DNA of 64,000 nucleotides from Eledone cirrhosa (Eukaryota): NCBI GenBank assembly GCA_964016885.1, contig OZ024743.1, positions 337,342,001 to 337,406,000 of the forward strand, read 5' to 3'. Shown piece by piece: positions 46,095 to 57,767 of this stretch (position 1 is its first letter; each line of letters starts with the position of its first letter). The notes under the pieces were generated by a model. It saw only the letters and a program-made list of their open reading frames with translations, ran no database searches and was not told where the DNA came from. The position numbers and the translations under genes were made by a program.

Positions 46095-48000
46095 GGAGCC
46101 CTGATCAACTTGGATCAGTCTAAGGCTTTCGATAGGGTTGAGACCATCGTTACCTGGATGCGGTGCTCGAGGCGGCAGGCTTCGGTCCCGTGTTCAGGGG
46201 CTGGATTGCTGCAATGCACAACAGCAACATCTGCTCAAGGGTCAAGGTGAACGGCTACCTCTCGGAGCCGTTCCATATCACGCGATCCATCCGACAAGGA
46301 TGCCCTCTCTCCTCCCTTCTGTACATACTGACTCTCGAACCACTACTGCGGAAGTTGGAGCTATTGCAGGGCATCCGGGACTGCGTAAAGCGGCGTCGGC
46401 CTACGCCGACGACGTGACAGTAATGGTGTCGAGCACCTCGCAAATCGGGGAGATCGGCTCCTTAGTGGAGGAATACGAAAGGTTCACAGGAGTGAAGCTG
46501 AACCGGGACAAATCCGTCGGTTTGAAACTCGGAACGTGGAGAGGCAAACCGATGCCTTCCGATTACGTCGTCGGACGCTGGACGGAAGGACCGGTAAAGC
46601 TGCTCGGGGTCTGGTTTGGTCCGGACCTCCAGGTGGAGAAGAACTGGAACGAGGTGACGGCCAAGGTGCTTGCGCTCACCCAGAAGTGGGCCGAGTGTAA
46701 ACTATCCTTGAAAGGTCGAGCGGAGGTGGCGAACACTTTTATAGCGTCCGTCAACTACTACCGCTTGACCGTCGTGCCTTGTCCAGCCAAAACGCTCACC
46801 AAAATGGAGCGCGCGCTCTTCCAATTCCTTTGGAAGAAGCGGGCTCCTTTGGTGAGAAGATCCATCTGCTGCCAACACCCTTCAAACGGAGGGCTGGGGA
46901 TGCGCAAACACGCGCTCAGGCTGCGGCACCTCCACGTATTCCTCACCAGACAACTGGTGTGGGCCCCGTTCGTGCGGCGAGCCTTCCCACGACTCGTCTC
47001 GCTGACCGAGCTGCAGTCCTGGGTCAAGCAAAGACCGAGGAAAATGGGCGACTGGCACATCGAATGTGCTCAGGTGCTCACAGTCCTCTGGCAAACGGAC
47101 CTGGCGATCAGTGGAGACTCCACTTCGACATTCTATAGAGGGTTGGTCCGCAGCAAGGGCGACGACACGCTCGGAGAAACTCTGGGCGTAGAGGAGGACG
47201 AACTGGCCAGTCTGTTCGGTAGTACCTTCCGCCCGGGACCAATAGACAACTTCCAAAAGTCCCTGGCCTGGCAGTGCTACCGAGGAGCTCTACCAGTTCG
47301 AGACAAGCTCTACAGACACGGGCGCCCGGGTAGGGACCCTTCGAAAAAGATCTGTCCGAGATGCGTGCGCGACGAGGAAACCGTCGCACACGCATTTGTA
47401 CACTGCTCGGGCGTTACCGACCTGTGGGGCTATGTAGAACGACTATTGTCGCGGGTGGGACCAATCCAGTTGACCACCGAGTCCATTGTCATGATCAAAC
47501 CGCCACCCTCCTTCAAAAATGAGGGAGAGGCGGTTTTCCTATGTGTTATAGCTATGGTGAAAGAGGTTATATGGTGGACGAGGTTAAAAGGGCTGAGGTC
47601 AGACACCTTTCTCTCCGGCGAGCAACTGATTCGTTTTTTCAAATATCATTTTGGAAGAAGAATCAGGATGGAGAGAGAGGTGCTGTACCCCAGCACATTT
47701 TATAAAAGGTGGGTGAATGTGGCAAAGATGGCCCGAGTGGTTGGGCCTTCTCTCTATATAAGCCTGTAGGTTGAGGAAAAAAGACGAAGAGAGGAAGGGA
47801 GTACTCACTCTTGGTGTTCCTGGAGATGAGGGTTGTACATTTTTTCGGGGTGTGTACAACCCCTCTATAACACCTCCCCCCTATTGGGGATTTCAATTGT
47901 TATTTGTTATTGTATTAATAGTTTTATTTTCATATACCTGTATGTAAACTCCCCATTTGTATTTGTCCCCTTCTTTTGTGCCCTTGTGGCTAATAAAGAA
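46093..48000 (+). mobile_element. 5'-truncated Tx1/L1-clade LINE (RT C-terminal half, zinc knuckle, 3'UTR), frameshifted
   Basis: RT motifs LDQSKAFDRV, SIRQGCPLS and YADDV lie in three different frames; C-terminal CPRC..ETVAHAFVHC; stop at 47767-47769; AATAAA near 47992; (TATC)n on both sides. Confidence 0.9.
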
Positions 48001-48013
48001 ATTTATCTATCTA

Positions 48014-48068
<55 letters not shown>

Positions 48069-48125
48069 ATAAATATATATATATAGATATATAGATATCA
48101 TATATATCTATCTATTTATTTATCA

Positions 48126-48380
48126 TGGGCCTTCTCTCTATATCATCTGTAGGTTGAGGAAAAAGAGGAGGAGAGGAAAGGGATACAAATTCTTCGTACT
48201 CCTGGAGATGAGAGTTGTACATTTTTTCGGGGGTATGAGTTACCCATATGTAATGTCTCCCCCTATTGGGGAAAATCGATTAACTTTTAAATTGTATTTG
48301 TGATCATATTTTACACGTTTTTATTGTATGTAAACTTCCCCCTTTGTATTTGTCCCCTTCTTTTGTGCCCCCGTGGAAAC
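48126..48380 (+). mobile_element. Diverged second copy of the Tx1/L1 3' end
   Basis: TGGGCCTTCTCTCTATAT..CTGTAGGTTGAGGAAAAA...TTTGTCCCCTTCTTTTGTGCCC repeats 47742-47985. Confidence 0.85.
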
Positions 48381-48413
48381 ATATCTATCAATCTATCCGT
48401 CTCTTTCTCTCTC

Positions 48414-48491
<78 letters not shown>

Positions 48492-48814
48492 TGTGTGTTT
48501 GTGTGTGTGTGTGTGTGGGGGGGGGGGGGGGGTTATTTGTCTATCTGTCTCTGTGTGTCTCTCTGTCTCTCTGTCTGTCTGTCTGTCTTTCTCTCTCTCT
48601 CTATCTATCTATCTGTCTATCTGTCTATCTGTCTATCTATCTATAAACATCCGTCTTTAAAAGGCGGATTTGTTTAGTTACTCCAACTTTGCTGTATCAG
48701 GCTTAATGGAGGTGCTCTATTTTTGTTTATATACATCACCGACAGAGATCGTAGCCCTCGCTTCATTTATGTTAAAGCTGTTCATTTCTGCTTTCTTCTT
48801 TTATTTTCTGTTAT

Positions 48815-49442
48815 TCACTCACTCACCCACACACTCACTCACTCACTCACCACTCAATCACTCACCCATTCACTCACTCCCTCACCCACTCAATCACTCA
48901 CCCACTCACTCACTCACTCACTCACTCACTCACCCACTCACCCACTCACTCACTCATTCACTCACTCACCCACTCACTCACCCATTCACTTATTCACTCA
49001 CTCACTACTCACTCACTCACCCACTCACTCACCCACTCAATCACTCACCCATTCACTCACTCCCTCACCCACTCATTCACTCACTCACTCACTCATCCAT
49101 TCACTCACTCACTCACCTACTCACTCACTCACCCACTCACTCACCCATTCACTCACTCACCTACTCACTCATACATTTACTAACATATTTAAACACTCAT
49201 TCAATCACCCACTCACTCACTCACTCACCAACACACTCACCCAATCACTCCTCACTCATTCACTCACCCACTCACTCCCTCACCCACTCACTCCTCACTC
49301 ACTCACCCACTCAATCTCTCAATCACTCACAAACTAGCTGACTCACTCACTCAAACACACCCTCACTCAAATACACACTCATTCCCACATTTACTCACTC
49401 ACACACCTTCACTATCTCACTCTCACACTCAAACATTCACTC
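48815..49442. repeat. Degenerate (TCAC)n tetranucleotide repeat
   Basis: Direct reading. Confidence 0.95.
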
Positions 49443-49519
49443 GCTTGTTATATTTAAGGTTAGTACACTTATGATTTGATAAAAACATAGAGCCAATTGC
49501 CTATGTATCTATGTATGTA

Positions 49520-50050
49520 TCGCTCTCGAGTGCTACTGGTAAAATATAACCCAGTAAAACCTGTCTCATGGTCGGGTTGTCGGCGACTAAACCGGCAACC
49601 TCACCAAGCTTGTTTGGTGAGGAGGGTGATATTTGGACACCCCACGGGATGAAATACAAGACCCGGCAAAGGGCGGAGGAACTCAGCAGAGTCAACGGCC
49701 ATCAAAATATTATTTTTTTTTTTTTTTCATCTGGGAGTGAAAGGCCCCCAGTTGTTGTCACAACACCTTTCTAGGAGTGGGAAACTCTGAAAAAGAAAAA
49801 CCTGCGGCTTCGGAAACATCCGATGATGTTGACCAGTTCTCCTTTTCGGGTAGTGTTTTCGATACTCAGAGAGAGAGGGATTGGTCGAGTGCAAGGCCTT
49901 TCTCCACTTAAAAGACCTTAAAAGCACTGGCTTTGCTTGTTCAGGATATGTTACAGGTTCGTGTGGCTGGCCGTAGCCTATAGGTGCACCAAACTCTATA
50001 ATTTGGCAAGCGATTGCAGTACACTTAGCAGAGTTTTCAGCCATCGTGTA
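49520..50050. repeat. Unclassified interspersed repeat, related to 57775-58275
   Basis: Shared blocks AAAGGGC..CGGA..TC..AGAGTCAA.GGCCATC and TTCTAGGAG..GG.AAACTCTGA; both copies adjoin GTAT/ATCT repeats. Confidence 0.55.
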
Positions 50051-50181
50051 TGTATGCATGTGTGTATATGTGTGTATGTTAGTATCTATCTATCTATCTA
50101 TCTATCAATATGGAATCAGCTTAAAACTAGTTAGACCATTACACAACAAAGTACTCCCTACTTGTGGTAGTAAAGTATGGC

Positions 50182-50298
50182 TATATTATAAAGAGTTGGG
50201 ACCCGACGGCTGAGCTCTTGTCGTTTCAACAGCTAGTTCTGGACGAGCTGTTGAAACGGTAAGAGCTCAGCCATCGGGTCCCGATACTTTATAATATA
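50182..50298. repeat. Inverted repeat, 53-bp arms with 11-nt loop
   Basis: TATATTATAAAG..GGGACCCGA.GGCTGAGCTCTT..CGTTTCAACAGCT is mirrored at 50246-50298. Confidence 0.9.
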
Positions 50299-51191
50299 TC
50301 TATATATCTATATATCTATATATCTATATATCTATGGGAGTGAAAATACAACTTGGGTATTCTAGGCTCTGACTGAGGAAATTCTTGTCGAAGGATCAAT
50401 TTCTGCAGGACAACATATACACAATTACCAACTGCCTCATCAGCAATGTTGAAATGTGGCTGATGTTGCTCGTGATGAGCAAGATTATATGAAACAAAGA
50501 GCAGAGAGGGAGAGTAAATCGTTTTCAAATACGAAAACAGATAAAGAGAGCTGCAGAAGTTTTTACAGCTCAAAAATGGTATACTGATCGTGTTGGGGAC
50601 TATTTTCTATTATGGCGTTGCTCCTATTTTAAAATGTTAACAACTTTACCGTTATGGTGTAATTTTATACAGTATGTTCTTGTTGAGGTAATAATGCTAT
50701 ATATATGTTATATTAATTCTGGAATCCACTTATTGGATTATATAATTAACTAATGATTAAGTATATATCCTGTAAGATGGAAGAAACGGGTGTTAATTAA
50801 AATATGATATAATTAACAGTATTTGACCTTATTTTCAATGTTTTACGGTACATTATATTTTATATTTATTATAATTAAACTTTAATTCATATTTTTGACT
50901 GATATGATTACATCCATGCATTGGATTAATAAAGGAGGTTAACATAGCTTTTAGTAATATTTGTTTCCCTTTTCGTATAGTTACTGTATATTTACTTGTT
51001 TATATTACAAATACTATATTGGTTTTATGTTTTGAACTGATAATGAATAATAATAATAATGGTTTCTTTATTAACCACAAGGGTTGACACAAAGTATAAC
51101 ATTAAGGACAACACAGGACAATACAGAACGGTACAAATGGGCATTTCTGCGTGTAAAAAAAACAAAAAACATAGGATGTAAGAAAAAAAGG

Positions 51192-51380
51192 AAATAATTG
51201 TTTCTACTTTTGGCACAAGGCCAGCTATTAAACCAGTGCATTACTGGTACTTTATTTTACGACCCCGTAAGGATGAAAGGCAAAGTTAACCTCGGCGGGA
51301 TTTGAACTCAGAATGGCAAGGGCCGTAACTCAATACGTCAAAGCATGGCGTCCGACACTCTACCGATACTGCTAATCCAT
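51192..51380 (-). mobile_element. tRNA-derived SINE (same family)
   Basis: Full family core and head. Confidence 0.85.
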
Positions 51381-51399
51381 TGTGGGTGTTTATAGTTAA

Positions 51400-52210
51400 G
51401 TGCTAATTTTTAAATTTTTTTAATTGAGAGACAATGTAGGGGAGGTAACTTATAATTATCGAGTTGTTCATAGCAATTTAACTTATTAGCTACAAGTAAA
51501 AATGGGGCTACATGACTAAGTTGGGTCAAAAATTCTATTGGCGAAGGAATTAGCCCTTCGATGTTGACAGCTAATGGTTACCTCCGTTCTATCGTTAATC
51601 GGTAGAGGTCGTGATAGAGTTATGTAATATGCTTCCGTAATACAGAGATCACAAGATTTTCTTCGTCCATTGAACGGTTGGGCCCTAGCCACGATATCCC
51701 ATTTTAGAGAGTGTTGAACGTTGTTTAATTTAAGGTTTTTAATGAGCCTAGCTAGCGATGTCGAACATCTGTTGCTAGGGTCTCGGAAGGAAAAAGAGTG
51801 CGCGTTATAGCGTACCTTAAAAGGGTTAGAGGTAGACCCGATATAAGAGCTGGTATTCGAAGCAGTCTCAACCGTGCACCTATAGACTATGTTGGGTGTC
51901 AGGCAGTGTCCATTTAATTGGCATGCATTGTGGTAACGGCAGTTGCAGTTGCTTCTGCGGTTAGTGAGAGTAGGGTTGTTTAACCTAAGCGGTAGGTCCG
52001 TGCTAGAAGGATTAGATGGGGGAGGTGTGCTACTAGAGTAATTAGTGGCGTGGTGTATTTGATAGGGCTGAACGCGATGTGGCTAGCTAGGTTAGGTGTT
52101 GTGGAGAATGAGATTTTAATGTTATTTTTATGAAAGAGTTTGTAATATCTATGGTTGGGGGGGGGGGGGGGGGGGGCGTTTGGATAGGATAGAGAAGTAC
52201 CGTAAAACAT
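51400..52210 (-). mobile_element. Penelope-like retroelement 3' fragment with GIY-YIG endonuclease
   Basis: Manual minus-strand translation (not in the ORF track): ...SNCNCRYHNACQLNGHCLTPNIVYRCTVETASNTSSYIGSTSNPFKVRYNAH...KSCDLCITEAYYI...INDRTEVTISCQHRR...DPT* (stop 51516-51518). The upstream linker KLFHKNNIKISFSTTPNL is in another frame. Confidence 0.85.
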
Positions 52211-52323
52211 ATTGAAAATAAGGGCAAATACTGTTAATTATAAGGAAATAATACTGATGAATTTCAACGTTTTATCTTTTTCTAATATCGGGAGTGAAAT
52301 TACCTAGAAGCATATTACCCGCC

Positions 52324-52410
<87 letters not shown>

Positions 52411-52862
52411 CATAATCGGAGAAAGCTAATAGCGATACTCCGGCCAAATTTCAACTCACTCAACAAACATTAGGAAATACCTGAGTATATTCCTAATTAA
52501 ACGTTCGGGGTGGTAACTAATTGTATTGTGTGGAAAATTGGCTGTATCATTTCATATGAGATATATCAAATATATCTCTTCCCAGACGGACGTCTCGTTT
52601 CACTATAAGATTTCTACAAGTTGGATGAAATTATACCAATTTATGTAGAAGCTTGTATAAGATCAACAGATACTTATTCATGTGGGCTCTTATAATTCTA
52701 CAGTGGGTGCCCATTAATATTAATATTGATAACCAAATCAACATCAATATTTAGCGATAATCACCATCAGTGCTTGAGGGAGCTGCTAGGTTGTTAGTCC
52801 AGCAGTTCTAAAGAAAATCTAACACTGTCTCGAAAATAGGAGGAAGGAGATTACCGTAAAAA

Positions 52863-52923
<61 letters not shown>

Positions 52924-52996
52924 GGGTATAATATATATCATATATAGTGTGTGTGTATAATATATAGACGTATATAATTCAACTCCTTTATTTTAG

Positions 52997-53168
52997 TTTC
53001 GTCGAGGAAAGCATCGCATATTGTCAACGGTGAGTCTATACCTCACTGTAATTTCCCATGGATCGTCAATTTAAGGATACTGCGGTCTAATAATTACAAG
53101 GAGGATTTCCAACTGTGCGGTGCATCGTTGATCGACAGGGATCAAGTATTAACAGCAGCACATTGCGT
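52997..53168 (+). CDS. Peptidase S1 serine protease, exon with activation site and catalytic His
   Basis: ttttag| acceptor, |gtaagt donor, phase 1 to 2. Encodes SSRKASH-IVNGESIPHCNFPWIVNLRILRSNNYKEDFQLCGASLIDRDQVLTAAHCV. Confidence 0.93.
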
Positions 53169-53344
53169 GTAAGTAGTAAACTTACTTCTAACGTTACCTT
53201 AATTTGAGGGTTTAGCCTCAGTTACTTCATGGCCGTCGTTTTGGCAAAATCGATAGTGCGTTTGGTATTTGTTCCGGGCCTCTGAGATCTGTGTTCTAAT
53301 ACACATCTAAAGTTTAAAATAATCTCCAAACGAGCAAACAATTA

Positions 53345-55890
53345 CATAGTGATAGACTGAAGCGAAACACAATTTACATAGACAAGAGAAATATTTAGAA
53401 TAATGAATAATACATGGACAAGAGAAATAATAATAAAACGACTCTGCCAGGAACTTAATAAACACAAAATAGAAGTTAATATAATCCCGAAATTAAAAGA
53501 AGTGGAAGAGTTTTGGAGAAGAATATGGGCAGAAAGACAAAAGATATTACCATGCACAGAGCTAGCAAGAACAGCAAACACAGCAGACGAAAAACTATGG
53601 GAGGATATTACAGCAGATGGTATGTCTATCACACTGAGAGGGGCAAGCAAATGGAAGGCACATGTCATGATCCCCAACTTCTGGTTAAAATATTTAACAG
53701 GGACACATGATATGCTTGCAAAGAAATTTAATGAATTACTGATAGAACCATTAAAAACACCTGACTGGCTCACTTAGGGGAAAACAACCCTGATCCCCCA
53801 GAATCATGACACAGCAAATCCCAAAAATTACAGACCCATAACATGCTTGCCTACTACATATGAAACTTTACTTCAATATTATCACAGAAAATAACCAAAC
53901 ACCTGGAAAAATCAACCTGACCCCAGAAGAATAGAAATGATGCTGCAGAGGCTCACATGGATGCAAAGACCAGATATTAATAAATAAAGCTATAACCGAG
54001 AACTGCAACTCCCCCAAATCCTTAATATCGCTTGGATTGATTACCAAAAAGCGTCTGACAGTGTTCCCCATACATGGATACTCAACACAGCCATGAATAA
54101 AATATCACCAAGAATAATAACATTTATTAAACATGCCATGAGTAAATGGCAAACAATTCTGCTGATACAAACAATGGATAAAATAATAAAAATAGACCAA
54201 CAGAGGCATATTCCAAGGAGACTCCCTAACACAACTGCTTTTCTGCCTAGCATTAACACCACTACCTGAAACACTAAACAGAACTGGGCTAGGGTAAAAA
54301 TGCTACAATGGGAAAATTAACCATCTCCTACATAGAGATGATCTAGAGCTGTATGCTACGAATGATAAACAACTCCAAATACTGCTACAAACTGTACACG
54401 GATTTACAAATGTAATAGGTACGAAATTTGGACTAGAAAAATGTGCCAAGGCAACTCTGAAGGGAGGGAAACTAGTGAAAACCACTAATATCATGTTAGA
54501 TAAAGAAACAGAAATAACAGAACTAGATCAAACTCAGACATACAAATACTTAGGAATTAACGAATACTACAGAAGAATACTACAGAAGAATTAGGTTAAT
54601 ACTCAAAACTGAACTAAATGCAACAGCTTTAATATTCTGAACGGGACACTAAAATAACTAGCTGGAATAGATAGAAAAACAAGAAAAATAATGACCACAT
54701 TTAGAATACACCATCCAAAATCAGACGTAGAAAGATTATTCTTCCAAGAACTCAAGGAGAAAAGGGTCTTATGCAACTAGAAAACTCTTATAACATAACT
54801 ACTGTAGGACTACAAAAATACTTAATGAAAAAACAAAGGAAAGCTGATATAAATAGCCACAAAATAAGAGCAAAACAAAACACTGTTCTCGGTCTTCAAG
54901 GAAGCCAAAAAATTCAAATCAGAAACAGCTGGACCAACAGATAACTGTGAGGAAAATGAAATCAAAGAAAAAGCAACAGAAATTGTGAAAGACATAGAAT
55001 TTAAATTGAAAACCGACCTCCAGAATGCCATGTTAAAGCGATGGCAAAAGAAACCCTTTTATAGCCAATGCCCCCCAAAAGCTAAATAGAAAGGAAGTAG
55101 ATAAACAAAACACACAAAACTGACTCCGAAGCACTGGACTAAAAGCTGAGACGGAAGGATTTCTAATTGCAGCACGATACCAAGGCCTACCCACCGGAAA
55201 CTATCAGAAGTACACAATAAAAAAGCACAATAAGTAACTGTAGAATATATAGAGATAGGGAAGAAACAATCAACCACATAGTCTCTGGATGCCCAGGTCT
55301 AACCAAAAAAGAATATATCCACAGGCATAATAAATAGAGTTGGGACCTTCATACACTGGAAGTTATGCCAGCATTATAAAATACCAACAGAAAAAAGATA
55401 GTAAAAACACACACCAGAAAAAAGTGTCAGAGAATGACAAAGCAATCATTCTCTAGGATTTGCCAATACATACAGACAGAGAGATCAAAAGCAACCGACC
55501 AGATATTATGATAAAAAAGCACAAAGAAAGAATGCCTTCTAATAGATGTATCAATCCCAACAGACGACAAAATATTTTCCAAAGAAATAGGGAAACTCTC
55601 CATATATAAAGTTCTAGAGATAGAAATAACTCGAATGTGGAAAATGGAAACAGAAACAATACCTATAATAATAGGTGCTCTAAAAATGATAAAAAAACAG
55701 ACAAATACATAACCAAAACCCAGGACTTATAAATATATACAACATACAAAAGATAGCACTACTAGGCACTGCACACATATTGCAAAAAGTACTATCAATA
55801 CAATAGAAACAACACCAGCAAAAACTACACTGCTCATACCCAAGGTGAACAGAGCTGTGCTCAGTAAAACAGTAATGATGCACAATAAAA
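53345..55890 (+). mobile_element. Degenerate R4/Dong-like non-LTR retrotransposon (RT + restriction-like endonuclease) in the protease intron
   Basis: Broken motifs PKNYRPITCLPT, WIDYQKASDSVPHTWI, GIFQGDS, DDLELYA and NRPDI with many stops and frameshifts; (AAT)n tail near 55890. Confidence 0.8.
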
Positions 55891-55904
55891 AATAATAATA
55901 ATAA

Positions 55905-56091
55905 AATAATAATTGTTTCTACTTTTTGGCACAAGGCCAGCAATTATCCCAGTGTATTACTGGTACTTTATTTTATCGACCCCGTAAGGACGAAAGGCAA
56001 AGTTAACCTCGGCGGGATTTGAACTCAGTCAGTAAAGGGACGTAACTGTGTTGCAAAGCATGGCGTCCGACCCTCTACCGATACTACCACC
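55905..56091 (-). mobile_element. tRNA-derived SINE (same family)
   Basis: Family core; near-identical to 40047-40240. Confidence 0.85.
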
Positions 56092-56214
56092 TAATATATA
56101 ATAATCATGATAATGACGATGATGGTGATGATGATGATGATGACGGCGACGACGACGATGATGATGATGATGATGATGATGAGGAGGAGGAGGAGGAGGA
56201 GGGGGAGCAGGATT

Positions 56215-56530
56215 ATGATATACCAGTCCCTACAGACGAAACAACAATATATCTATCATGGAAATGAAGAAATTATCTAAATATAAAGATCTGGAGATAG
56301 AAATAACCCGAGTGTAGATAATGAAAACAGAAACAATTTCTGGGAATGATAACAAAATCACAGACAGAGACATTAAAAAAACACAGAACTTACAAATATA
56401 TAGAGCATAGGGTAAATAGTACTACTAGGCACTGCACACATATTACGAAGAGTACTCACAGTACACTAGAAACAACACTGCACATACTCATGGCGCACAG
56501 AGCTATGCTCAGTAATGTATTGATAGCAAA
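56215..56530 (+). mobile_element. Short 3' fragment of the same R4-like family as 53345-55890
   Basis: KYKDLEIEITR and the ACTACTAGGCACTGCACACATAT block match 55600-55860. Confidence 0.7.
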
Positions 56531-56658
56531 CAATAAAAACAAGATTAATGATGATGAGGATGGTGGTGGTGGTGGTGGTGGCGGCGGCGGTGGTGGTGGT
56601 AGGTTGGTGATGATGATGTTGATGATGATGTTGATTTTTTTTTTACTTTAATTTCTAG

Positions 56659-56798
56659 TCGTCCGGACAATAATGGGAAGGTAATCAGAATCGAAGTGAA
56701 TCTTGCGACTGATAATCCGGCACAACCTGTATATACCATTCTCGGTGTTAGGTATAAATACCTGACTAAGTATGACATCACAAGCAACGGAATGCCAT
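56659..56798 (+). CDS. Peptidase S1 serine protease, internal exon
   Basis: atttctag| acceptor, |gtgagt donor, phase 2 to 1, joining both neighbours in frame. Encodes RPDNNGKVIRIEVNLATDNPAQPVYTILGVRYKYLTKYDITSNGMP. Confidence 0.85.
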
Positions 56799-57269
56799 GT
56801 GAGTTGATTTTAACCTATGCTATATGTTTCACTAGGCCGGCCAACTAGCAGAATCGTTAGAACATTGGTTAGAAGGTTTTGCGGTATTTGTTCTGGCTTT
56901 CTGCTGGGCAGACCAACTAGCAGAATCGTTAGAACGTTGATTAGAATACTTCGTAGAACTTGTAATGTACATGTATATATGAGTTTAAAAAATTGGTAGT
57001 TTATTTTGTCAACACCGGAAGGGTGATAGATTGATCTGAACAAAATTTGAACTGGAGGATCTATTAAGTGCCGTTATGCAATGTGATGCTGAGAGGATAT
57101 GGTGGAGGTGATAATTTTTTTAGTATTTTCGTTATTAAAAACTATGCTTATTTACCTTAGCCATTGCCTTTCGGTTATCTATAAAACATTATTCGCTATA
57201 TTATAGGTACTAGTGGTAGAGATAGGTACATATTTTGATTTTCTTCTAGTTACTAAAAGTCATATTGTC

Positions 57270-57735
57270 AGATTTCGAGATGTTTTCAATGTATAGTCAG
57301 GGTGGAGTATCTGCAGATTTCTCATTTTCGCTGATCTTTAATATTATATTGGCATCTGCTGGACAGCTAACATCCACTACTGCGCATGCCTTCTTTTCCC
57401 TGTCCCATATCATTATATCTGGTCTGTTTTGCCTGCATTTTATTGGGGTTTTTACTGGAACATCCCACCAGTACTCTTTCATATTATGTATATGTATGTC
57501 TTGCACATTGCTGTAGCTTTTAATGTGTTTATTGTCGGGGCTATCTTTTCTACGGATTACATTGTACAGTGTTTTGGCCACTACATCATAGGTAGATAGT
57601 ACCGTGATGTCATCTTTGGACAGCTGATTATGACATGGGTGACATCTTCGGTGTTAATTCTGCAGAGTCTGCACTTGTTGTCACGTCTGGATGTTTTGCC
57701 TGCATCCCTATCTCTTTTGTGAATAAGGTATTTTG

Positions 57736-57740
<5 letters not shown>
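57270..57740 (-). mobile_element. R4-like retroelement 3' fragment
   Basis: CRLCRINTEDVTHVIISC zinc knuckle and NRPDIMIWD...VDVSCP endonuclease motif; the truncated end abuts (GTAT)n. Confidence 0.8.

Positions 57741-57767
<27 letters not shown>

Noticed and set aside
46138-46380. N-terminal part of the 543-aa ORF as real protein
   Set aside because: The RT motifs in this interval lie in other frames; the ORF becomes RT-like only from about YADD onward.
37151-49341. Short ORFs rich in CV/YI/SL/HT/THSL
   Set aside because: They are translations of di- and tetranucleotide microsatellites.
50570-51040. Candidate signal-peptide exon(s) for the protease (ATG at 50576 or 50634; hydrophobic stretch after the AG at 50980)
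   Set aside because: No combination gave an open hydrophobic leader with a credible phase-1 donor, so it was left uncalled.
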